The notes under the pieces are model-generated. The model was not told where the DNA came from. It did not search any database and saw only the letters and a program-made list of their open reading frames with translations. The translations under genes were made by a program, and so were the position numbers. Below, one piece after another: positions 1 through 7,376 of a stretch of DNA of 62,212 nucleotides. The stretch lies in assembly GCA_031269485.1 (NCBI GenBank), contig JAISZC010000135.1, forward strand, positions 1 through 62,212. The letters run 5' to 3'. Source of the stretch: Deltaproteobacteria bacterium. Its GTDB lineage: Bacteria; Desulfobacterota; Desulfarculia; Adiutricales; Adiutricaceae. Position 1 is the first letter of the stretch, and each line of letters opens with the position of its first letter.

Positions 1-348
1 GACCTGACCCTCCGGCGGCCGCGTCGTCTGGCGCTTGACCGCCCGGTTTTTGGCGGATCGGACGACCGCCCGGCCTTGGACGGCCGGACTCGCGGCGCGG
101 GCCTTGACGTTTCGGCCCTCGGCTGCTTGGATGACCTGACCCTCCGGCGGCCGCGTCGTCTGGCGCTTGACCGCCCGGTTTTTGGCGGATCGGACGACCG
201 CCCGGCCTTGGACGGCCGAATTTTTTTCTTGCGAGGTCTTGGCGGCCGGAATTTTGGCGGCCGAGGTCTTGGCCGGCGGGCCCTTGGCCGCCTGGCTCTT
301 GGCCGCCGGGCTCTTGGCTTGCGGGCCCTGGACGGCTTGGGCCGTCAT
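1..348 (-). CDS. Lys/Ala-rich repeat protein; C-terminus lies outside the window. It is absent from the ORF track because the frame is open-ended.
   Basis: ATG at 348-346 overlaps the uvrA stop (ATGA). The frame stays open to base 1. Translation reads MTAQAVQGPQAKSPAAKSQAAKGPPAKTSAAKIPAAK... Third codon positions are almost all G/C. It contains a 132-bp (44-aa) period repeat. Confidence 0.5.
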   Translation of the reverse strand, partial: MTAQAVQGPQAKSPAAKSQAAKGPPAKTSAAKIPAAKTSQEKNSAVQGRAVVRSAKNRAVKRQTTRPPEGQVIQAAEGRNVKARAASPAVQGRAVVRSAKNRAVKRQTTRPPEGQV

Positions 349-3227
349 TTCGAGCCTTCCTTGAGGACCTTCAGCAGGGCTCGGCCCGTGTGGGAGCCGT
401 GGATCTGAGCCACCTGCTCCGGCGACCCCTCCGCCACGACGCGCCCGCCCCCGTCGCCGCCTTCTGGGCCCAGGTCGATGATGTGGTCGGCGCTCTTGAT
501 CACGTCGAGGTTGTGCTCGATGACGATGACCGTGTTGCCTTGGTCAATGAGTCGCTGGAGCACTTCCAGGAGCTTTTTGACGTCGTCGAAATGGAGTCCC
601 GTGGTGGGCTCGTCGAGAATGTAGACGGTCCGGCCGGTGTCCCGGCGGCTAAGCTCCCGGCTGAGCTTGACCCGCTGGGCCTCGCCGCCGGAGAGCGTGG
701 TGGCGGCCTGCCCCAGCTTGACGTAGCCCAGCCCCACCTGCTCGAGAGTGCTGAGCTTGCCGCGGACCATGGGCACGTTGGCGAAGAAGGCGGCGGCCTC
801 GGTGACGGTCATCTCCAGCACGTCGGCGATGGAGGCCCCGGCGTACTTGACCTCCAGGGTGTCGCGGTTGTAGCGCTGTCCTTGGCAGGCCTCGCAGCGG
901 ACGTAGACGTCGGGCAGAAAATGCATCTCGATGCGCAGTATGCCGTCGCCCTCGCATTTTTCGCAGCGGCCGCCGCGCACGTTGAAGGAAAAGCGGCCCG
1001 TGGAGTAGCCTCGGGCCCGGGCCTCCGGCAGCCTCGCGAACAGCTCCCGGAGGGGCGTGAAAAGGCCAGTGTAGGTGGCCGGGTTGGAACGGGGCGTGCG
1101 GCCGATGGGGCTTTGGTCGATGTCGACGACTTTGTCGACCCGCTCCAGGCCCTCGACGGCGTCGTGCTCGCCGGGGCGCTGGCGGGATCTGAGGATTTTG
1201 GCGGCCATGGCCTTGTAAAGGATTTCCAGCACCAAGGTGGACTTGCCCGAGCCGGACACCCCAGTGACGCACGTCAGCACCCCCAGCGGGAAGCCGACGG
1301 TGAGGTTTTTGAGGTTGTTGGCCCGGGCGCCGCGGACCACCACGGTCCCCTTGGTCTTGACGCGCCGCTTGGGGAGGCCTACCTTCTTGACGCCCGAGAG
1401 GTACTGGCCTGTCAGCGAGCCGGGCTCGGCCAAAAGTTCCTGGGGCGTCCCGGCGAAGATCAGCTGGCCGCCGTTTTCGCCGGCCCCTGGGCCCAGATCG
1501 AGCACGTAGTCGGCGCTCAGGATGGTCTCGGCGTCGTGCTCGACGACGATGACGGTGTTGCCCAGATCGCGCATGCGCCGCAGACTGCCCAGCAGCTTTT
1601 CGTTGTCGCGGGGGTGAAGGCCGATGGAGGGCTCGTCGAGGACGTACATGACCCCGACCAGCCGCGAGCCGATTTGGGTGGCGAGGCGGATGCGCTGGGT
1701 CTCGCCTCCGGAGAGGGTCGACGAGCTCCGGTTGAGGCTGAGGTAGCCCAGGCCCACGTCGTTGAGAAAGCCCAGGCGGTCCCGGATCTCCTTGACGATG
1801 CGCCGGGCCACCGTCTGGTCGCGCTCGCTGAGCTCGAGGTGGATGAACCAGTCCAGGCAGCGGGCCACCGGCAGCGCGCAGACGGCCTCGATGTTGAGGC
1901 CGGCCACCGTCACGGCCAAGGCCTCCGGCCGTAGCCGGGCCCCACGGCACAGCCGGCAGGTTTGACGGCTCATGTACTCGGCCAGCTCGTCCTTGACGGA
2001 CTGGGATTCGGTCTCGCGCCAGCGGCGCTCGAGGAGCTTCAAGACGCCCTCGAAAGGCCGGCGGCGGACGCCGTCGTCGCGCGCGGCCACGCTCTCGCCG
2101 TTCGTCCCGTGCAGCAGGGCCTCGAGGGCTTGAGGAGGCAGCTCGCTCGCCGGGCGATCGGGGTCGCCCTTGTAATGTCTGACCACGGCGTCCAGGATGC
2201 TGATCTGCTGGACGCCTCCGAAGCTGCGAACCAGCGGGATCACCGCGCCTTGGGCGACGGAGAGGTCGGGGTTGGGGATGACCAGGTCGGGATCGAAGAC
2301 GAAGTCGGCCCCCAGCCCGTCGCATTGGGGACAGGCGCCCAAGGGGCCGTTGAAGGAAAAAAGCTGCGGGCTCAGCGCCGGAAAGGACAGCCCGCACCAA
2401 TCGCAGGCGAAGCGCTCGGAGAAGAAGATTTCCTCGACGATCTTGGGCGTCTCGTCCATGACAGCCGCCGTCAGCGAGCCTTCGGAGGTCCGCAAGGCCA
2501 GTTCCACCGAGTCGGTCAGCCGACGCTCGAGCCCTGGCTTGACGATGAGGCGGTCGACCACCACCTCGATGACGTGCTTTTTGCGCTTGTCAAGATTGAT
2601 GCTCTGGCTGAGCTCGAGCACCTCGCCGCCGATGCGCACCCGCGCGAAGCCGTCCTTGCGAAGATGGTCCAGGAGCTTTTGGTGCTCGCCCTTCCGCGAG
2701 TCGATCACGGGGGCCAGCAGCATCAGCCGCGTTCCGGCCGGAAAGGCCATGAGGCGGTCGACGATTTCCGCGGCGCTCTGGGCGTTGATGGGTCGGCCGC
2801 ATTGATGGCAGTGGGGCTCGCCGATCCTCGCGAAGAGCAGCCGCAGGTAGTCGTGTATTTCCGTGGCCGTGCCCACCGTCGAGCGGGGGTTTTTGATGAC
2901 GGTCTTCTGCTCGATGGAGATGGCCGGCGAAAGGCCCTCGACGAGATCCACGTCGGGCTTGTCCATCTGGCCCAAAAACTGGCGGGCGTAGGTCGACAGC
3001 GACTCGACGTAGCGCCGCTGCCCTTCGGCGTAGAGGGTGTCGAAGGCCAAGGAGGACTTGCCCGAGCCGGACAGGCCGGTGACGACCGTCATGGCGTTGC
3101 GCGGAATGTCGACGTTGACGTTTTTGAGGTTGTGCTGCCTGGCGCCTCTGACGACGATGAGCCCGGCCTCCTCGGGACGGGCCGCCTTAAGCCCGAGGGG
3201 CCGGGCGGCCTGGCGGGCGGCCGTCAT
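345..3227 (-). CDS. uvrA: Excinuclease ABC subunit A
   Basis: 960 aa. Two ABC modules (Walker A GLSGSGKSSL and GVSGSGKSTL, two LSGGE signatures). Cys-cluster zinc fingers (CHQCGRP, CPQCDGLG, CEKCEGDG...CEAC). Confidence 0.97.
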   Translation of the reverse strand: MTAARQAARPLGLKAARPEEAGLIVVRGARQHNLKNVNVDIPRNAMTVVTGLSGSGKSSLAFDTLYAEGQRRYVESLSTYARQFLGQMDKPDVDLVEGLSPAISIEQKTVIKNPRSTVGTATEIHDYLRLLFARIGEPHCHQCGRPINAQSAAEIVDRLMAFPAGTRLMLLAPVIDSRKGEHQKLLDHLRKDGFARVRIGGEVLELSQSINLDKRKKHVIEVVVDRLIVKPGLERRLTDSVELALRTSEGSLTAAVMDETPKIVEEIFFSERFACDWCGLSFPALSPQLFSFNGPLGACPQCDGLGADFVFDPDLVIPNPDLSVAQGAVIPLVRSFGGVQQISILDAVVRHYKGDPDRPASELPPQALEALLHGTNGESVAARDDGVRRRPFEGVLKLLERRWRETESQSVKDELAEYMSRQTCRLCRGARLRPEALAVTVAGLNIEAVCALPVARCLDWFIHLELSERDQTVARRIVKEIRDRLGFLNDVGLGYLSLNRSSSTLSGGETQRIRLATQIGSRLVGVMYVLDEPSIGLHPRDNEKLLGSLRRMRDLGNTVIVVEHDAETILSADYVLDLGPGAGENGGQLIFAGTPQELLAEPGSLTGQYLSGVKKVGLPKRRVKTKGTVVVRGARANNLKNLTVGFPLGVLTCVTGVSGSGKSTLVLEILYKAMAAKILRSRQRPGEHDAVEGLERVDKVVDIDQSPIGRTPRSNPATYTGLFTPLRELFARLPEARARGYSTGRFSFNVRGGRCEKCEGDGILRIEMHFLPDVYVRCEACQGQRYNRDTLEVKYAGASIADVLEMTVTEAAAFFANVPMVRGKLSTLEQVGLGYVKLGQAATTLSGGEAQRVKLSRELSRRDTGRTVYILDEPTTGLHFDDVKKLLEVLQRLIDQGNTVIVIEHNLDVIKSADHIIDLGPEGGDGGGRVVAEGSPEQVAQIHGSHTGRALLKVLKEGSK

Positions 3228-3655
3228 CGGGACTCCGCGAACCAGCGCAGGGCCAGCTCGTAGGAGCGGGCCCCGAAGCCGGCTATGAGGCCCGCGGCGG
3301 CGCCGGAGAGCAGCGAGACGTGCCTGAAGCTTTCCCGAGCCGCGGGATTGGTCAGATGGACCTCGACGACAGGCCGGCCGCAGGCCAGCACCGCGTCGCG
3401 CAGCGCCACCGAGGTGTGCGTGTAGGCCCCGGCGTTGAGCACCCCGCCGTCGCGGCTCGCGCCAAGCCTTTGCAGGGCGTCCACCAGTTCGCCTTCATGG
3501 TTTGACTGAAAAAAATCGACCGCCAGACCCAGCTCCGCGGCCAGGGCGGCCAGGCCCGCGTTGATTGCCTCCAGGGTCAGGGCGCCGTAGAGATCGGGTT
3601 CCCGGCGGCCCAGCAAGTTGAGGTTCGGTCCGTTGACGACCATTATTTTTTTCAT
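3224..3655 (-). CDS. aroQ: 3-dehydroquinate dehydratase, type II
   Basis: 143 aa. MKKIMVVNGPNLNLLGRREPDLYG, HEGELVDAL and NAGAYTHTSVALRDA are typical of type II DHQase. Its stop overlaps the uvrA ATG (ATGA). Confidence 0.93.
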   Translation of the reverse strand: MKKIMVVNGPNLNLLGRREPDLYGALTLEAINAGLAALAAELGLAVDFFQSNHEGELVDALQRLGASRDGGVLNAGAYTHTSVALRDAVLACGRPVVEVHLTNPAARESFRHVSLLSGAAAGLIAGFGARSYELALRWFAESR

Positions 3656-3973
3656 GAGGGTTCCAAAAAAGGCCGTTCGGCGCGGCCGTGGCCCGTCAGT
3701 CGGCCGGCCCGGGCGAACCGGCCGCGTCGGGCTGGCGCTTGATGACGCCGGGGGAAGCTTGATGTCGAAAAGCCGTTGAGTCTGCAGGCGGCGGCCACTG
3801 GAGTCTTTGGAGGAAGTTTATGATGATGTAATAATAAATTTTCGGCTTAGCCATAAATTATGTTGGAGTTAAATTATGCTGAAACCAAATTAAGTTGGAT
3901 CAAAATAAAGATAGATCCAAGTTAAGTTAGGTCCGTAGTGATAGACAACAGAACAGAATAGAGCTGTTCAGAT

Positions 3974-5323
3974 TTAAGAAAAGAGCATGCTTTTAGCATA
4001 TATTAATTGTTCGTCTTCAGACAATAGTTTATAACATTTAAGGTTAATTCTATAATCTTTAGCGTTGTAAGTTTCTATTGACGTTAATTTAGCATTTCTC
4101 CCGTCTGGCAATAAACAAGCATCATTTATATTGATTTTAGCCAGATTGTTTGACCAATTTTGCAGATAATCGTCGCTAATCTCTCCTAAATCGGTGTATT
4201 TAGTACTAGATGACTTTAAAATAAGATTAGAGGCAATTTTGTTCAAATAATTGTAATCTTGAACAAATTTAGCGTGGTTTTGTAACCAAGTTTTCCCATT
4301 CACGATGCCTAAGAGGGCACCTGTCATGGCGCCGATCGTTCCTGTGTCGGATCCCAGCAAGTAAGTGGCTTTAGTTAAACCTTCAAGGGGTTCTGAGCTA
4401 TACTTAGAGGCTAGATATAAAACGCCCGCCACCGTCACCAAGCTTGAGTTGGTAAATTTGTAGTTAAAGCAACCTAAATCATCTAAAATATTATTTTCGT
4501 TAGCGGAAGTATTTTCTAAACCTTTATGCGAAACATTCAAGAGGTCTAGCATTTCTTCAATGGTAATTTTCCACAGTTTATTCAAATCAAAGAATTTACG
4601 GGCATTATCAATCCATTGCTGCGGCAGGTTGAAGAAATCAAAATCTAAAGCCCATTTATTTGCATTATCTAAAAGATCTTCGAGAATTTCTTTAGTTTTT
4701 GGTGGATGTGAACGGAGCAAAGAAGTCCATACTGCGTAACCATAAGCTAAACCTGAAATTAAAGCGCGAGGGTGTCCATGCGTTGCAATACCATCGTAGA
4801 TAATATTATTAGCTATAGTTGAAAAATTTGAATTATCTACCCCAAAAATAGCATGGGGTAAAATACGCATCGTGACACCGTTGCCCCAGGAATAAAAATA
4901 TTTTTTAATATCTGTGGCTTTTCGTGAGCTAGCCCAAGGAGCTATTTGTCTTTTCCAAGATGCTATGGCCTTAATTGTTGATTTATCACCAGATCTTTCG
5001 TATATAGTCCAAAATGGCAACTCAACACTAACGAGGCGTTGAGCCCAGCCTTCTCCTGATAAAATTGCTCTTGCCACACATAAAATTAACTGTGTGGTGT
5101 CACTGTAGCATCCTGCGTCGATATTCTCTTCATACGGGCATGATAGGCCACCTGACCGTCGGGACCATGATTTAAAATCTAGACTAGTGACAATTGGTGC
5201 ATTTTTTGTAGAATTAACCGGGTTAACCCTTTCGTTTGGCCAGCCTAATGCGTCACCGCACGCTGTACCAAGCAAGGCGCCGACTGCTTTATCCAAATTT
5301 GGGTTGTTTATTGTGTTAGTCAT
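3974..5323 (-). CDS. ADP-ribosylglycohydrolase-family protein with a roughly 110-aa C-terminal extension of unknown function
   Basis: 449 aa. N-terminal GALLGTACGDALGWPNE and distal GSDTGTIGAMTGALLG match the ARH/DraG-fold metal-site motifs. GAAGGAA SD before the ATG. It is the only gene in a sharply AT-rich island. Confidence 0.75.
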   Translation of the reverse strand: MTNTINNPNLDKAVGALLGTACGDALGWPNERVNPVNSTKNAPIVTSLDFKSWSRRSGGLSCPYEENIDAGCYSDTTQLILCVARAILSGEGWAQRLVSVELPFWTIYERSGDKSTIKAIASWKRQIAPWASSRKATDIKKYFYSWGNGVTMRILPHAIFGVDNSNFSTIANNIIYDGIATHGHPRALISGLAYGYAVWTSLLRSHPPKTKEILEDLLDNANKWALDFDFFNLPQQWIDNARKFFDLNKLWKITIEEMLDLLNVSHKGLENTSANENNILDDLGCFNYKFTNSSLVTVAGVLYLASKYSSEPLEGLTKATYLLGSDTGTIGAMTGALLGIVNGKTWLQNHAKFVQDYNYLNKIASNLILKSSSTKYTDLGEISDDYLQNWSNNLAKININDACLLPDGRNAKLTSIETYNAKDYRINLKCYKLLSEDEQLIYAKSMLFS

Positions 5324-5414
5324 AATTCCTTCTATTCAGTAATAATGTTTAAGTATAGTCAGTTAATAAAAAACATTAAGGTTGTAATAAAAATTATTAA
5401 ACGTTGATCTTCGG

Positions 5415-5455
5415 CAATTAGGCCTATAGAGGGCCCAATTAGGCCTATAGAGGGC
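5415..5455. repeat. Direct 20-bp repeat x2 (CAATTAGGCCTATAGAGGGC) at the right edge of the AT-rich island
   Basis: Identical copies at 5415-5434 and 5436-5455, so the period is 21 bp. Each copy contains the AGGCCT palindrome. Confidence 0.9.
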
Positions 5456-5613
5456 GAGCGGTCAGCTGAGAGCCTGCCTGTCGTCCGTCGCCTGGCCCGT
5501 CGAGACCGCGCGGTCTGCTCCTCCGTCAAGAGCCCGGCAAACAGCGCCAGGCGTTGGTCGGCCGGTTCACCGGTCGGCCGCGAGAGGCCTAGCGCCGCCG
5601 GCCAGCCCCCGTT

Positions 5614-5720
5614 GTTCAAAAATTCGGATCTTGTTCAAAAATCTGAACAGCCAGGGCGACCGGCGTTCAAAAATTCAGGTTCAAAAAATTGGACGTGTAC
5701 AAAAATTTGAACAGCCAGGG
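5614..5720 (+). promoter_or_regulatory. Cluster of GTTCAAAAAT motifs, including two 24-bp repeats GT(T/A)CA-N6-TGAAC-AGCCAGGG. Candidate upstream activator sites.
   Basis: GTTCAAAAAT occurs at 5614, 5633 and 5665, with variants at 5679 and 5697. The palindromes GTTCAaaaatcTGAAC (5633-5648) and GTACAaaaattTGAAC (5697-5712) lie about 150 and 85 bp upstream of the -12 element. Confidence 0.4.
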
Positions 5721-5774
5721 GCAGAAAAAGGCCAAAATCAAGGCTTTATCTTCAGCCGGCCCCCTTGCCCCAGT

Positions 5775-5790
5775 TGGCCCGGGAATTGCT
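5775..5790 (+). promoter_or_regulatory. Candidate sigma54 (-24/-12) promoter
   Basis: TTGGCCCGGGAATTGCT against the consensus YTGGCACGrNNNTTGCW. There is one mismatch, and the GG-to-GC spacing is correct (5776 to 5788). Confidence 0.5.
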
Positions 5791-5800
5791 ACGCTCAGGG

Positions 5801-5894
5801 TCAAGCAGGACGCAACGCCCAGCGTCAGCCAAACAAAAGTTTCTCCTTGTTCCTTATCGCTGAAAACCGGGACCCGCCCAAGTCCCGGTTTTTT
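5801..5894 (+). ncRNA. Candidate sigma54-dependent small RNA, about 95 nt
   Basis: The predicted TSS is about 12 nt after the -12 GC. There is no SD/ATG. A CU-rich single-stranded stretch (TTTCTCCTTGTTCCTTA) is present. The transcript ends in the stem-loop AACCGGGAC-N8-GTCCCGGTT followed by a T6 run. Confidence 0.4.
5865..5894 (+). terminator. Intrinsic terminator hairpin, bidirectional. It also lies 16 nt downstream of the aroC stop on the minus strand.
   Basis: 9-bp stem AACCGGGAC/GTCCCGGTT with an 8-nt loop. T6 follows on the plus strand and TTTT on the minus strand. Confidence 0.65.
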
Positions 5895-5909
5895 CATGCC
5901 GATCACATC

Positions 5910-7025
5910 TTAGCATATTTCCTTTCCAATTTCGCCAGACAATTTGTCGCCAGCCTCCCGGCCGCCGGCTTGCGGCTGAAACTTGCCCGGCGGGGCCAGT
6001 CGGCAGTCGGCCAGGACCATCAGGGCCATGGCCTCGGCCACCGGGGCCAACCGCGGCGCCAGGCAAGGGTCGTGGCGGCCGCCGACGGCGATGTCGGTCG
6101 GTCGGCCGTCGAGGTCAACGGTTTTTTGGGGCTTGGCGATGGACGGCGTGGGTTTGACGAAAAGTCTGGCCGTCAGCGGCCGGCCGGTGGACAGGCCGCC
6201 CAGGACGCCGCCGTGGCGGTCGCTCAAGGGGCCTTCAGGCCCCAACGGGTCGTTGGCTTGGGAGCCGAAGGCGGCGGCCAACTCCAGACCGTCCCCGAAC
6301 TCCACGGCCCTGACCGCGCCGATGGAAAAAAAGGCGCCGCCCAAAAGGGCCTCCAGCTTGTCGAAGACCGGATCGCCCCAGCCGGGCGGGAGGCCTTCGG
6401 CCCGGAGCTCGACTACGGCCCCCACCGAGTCGCCCTCGCGAGCGGCTTTTTGGACCAGGGCCGCGACCTCGGCGGCCCGCGCGGGGTCCAGATAGCGCAA
6501 GGGGTCGGCCTCGGCGAAAGCCCAGTCGCGGGCTTGAGCTTGGATGGGGCCCACGGCCGCGGCGGCGGCCCGCACTTCGACGCCCAGCGGGCGCAGCAAG
6601 GCTCGGGCCACGGCGCCGGCGGCCACGCGGGCCGCCGTTTCCCTTCCGCTGGCCCGTCCCCCGCCAGGTTGCGGCTTGAGGCCGTACTTGACGAAAAAAG
6701 GCCAGTCGGCGTGGCCTGGCCGGAAGCGGTCGGCCAGAGTCCGGTAGTCGCCGCCGCGGGCGTCTTGGTTGCGGATGAGCAAGGCCAGGGGGGCGCCGTT
6801 GGTCAGGCCCTCGGACAGTCCGCTCAAAATTTCGCAGCGGTCAGGCTCCTGACGGGCGGAGACGAAGGGCGACTGTCCGGGCCGGCGCCGGTCGAGGTCC
6901 TTTTGGACGTCCGCCTCGCTCAGGGGCAGTCCGGCCGGCAGACCGTCCACGACCACGCCCAAGGCCGGCCCGTGGGATTCCCCGAAGGTGGCGACCCGAA
7001 AAAAACGGCCCGTCATGCTGCCCAT
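5910..7025 (-). CDS. aroC: Chorismate synthase
   Basis: The track ORF is trimmed to the internal ATG at 7025, which has an AAGGAG SD. MGSMTGRFFRVATFGESHGPALGVVVDGLPAGLPL...RRRPGQS is the canonical AroC N-terminus. The upstream 116 codons are Arg/Pro-rich junk. Confidence 0.93.
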   Translation of the reverse strand: MGSMTGRFFRVATFGESHGPALGVVVDGLPAGLPLSEADVQKDLDRRRPGQSPFVSARQEPDRCEILSGLSEGLTNGAPLALLIRNQDARGGDYRTLADRFRPGHADWPFFVKYGLKPQPGGGRASGRETAARVAAGAVARALLRPLGVEVRAAAAAVGPIQAQARDWAFAEADPLRYLDPARAAEVAALVQKAAREGDSVGAVVELRAEGLPPGWGDPVFDKLEALLGGAFFSIGAVRAVEFGDGLELAAAFGSQANDPLGPEGPLSDRHGGVLGGLSTGRPLTARLFVKPTPSIAKPQKTVDLDGRPTDIAVGGRHDPCLAPRLAPVAEAMALMVLADCRLAPPGKFQPQAGGREAGDKLSGEIGKEIC

Positions 7026-7376
7026 GGCTGAGCTCCTTCCCGCAAAATCTTTCAAGTCCGGGCCCGGCGGGCGTCTTGCGGCCGATCGCCTGGCCGTCCG
7101 TCCGCCGCCTGGCCAGCGGCCTGCTTCTGGCGTCCGGCGGCGCTGCCGCCAGGCCAGCCGGCGGCGTTTTTTTGTCCGCCAAGGGCGTTCAGTCAGAGCC
7201 GGTCCATCCTCGGCCGCGGTCCATCCTCGGCCGCGGTCCGTCCTCGGCCGCTGGCTTGGCCTTAGAGCCGGCGGCCTTTCAGCCCTGCCGTCCCGCGGCG
7301 TTTTTTCTTCCGCCAGCGTTTTCGCCTTTCCCGTTTTTCCAGCCTTTCCGCCCCCGTCAGAGCAGGCCTTCACAGG

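Noticed and set aside
390-3263. Long plus-strand ORFs (390..1934, 1962..3263 and others) overlapping uvrA
   Set aside because: They are antisense shadow ORFs, typical of GC-rich DNA. Their translations are Gly/Arg/Ala/Asp-rich low-complexity sequence with no motifs, while the minus-strand frame is an unmistakable UvrA.
5631-7373. 5' extensions of several track ORFs: aroC to 7373, aroKB to 9332, aroA to 11193, kef to 30978, pduT to 38045, eutB to 50319, eutT to 41685
   Set aside because: The extensions are Arg/Pro/Gly-rich and overlap upstream genes or intergenic DNA. They precede internal starts that have good SDs and that align with the canonical N-termini of the families.
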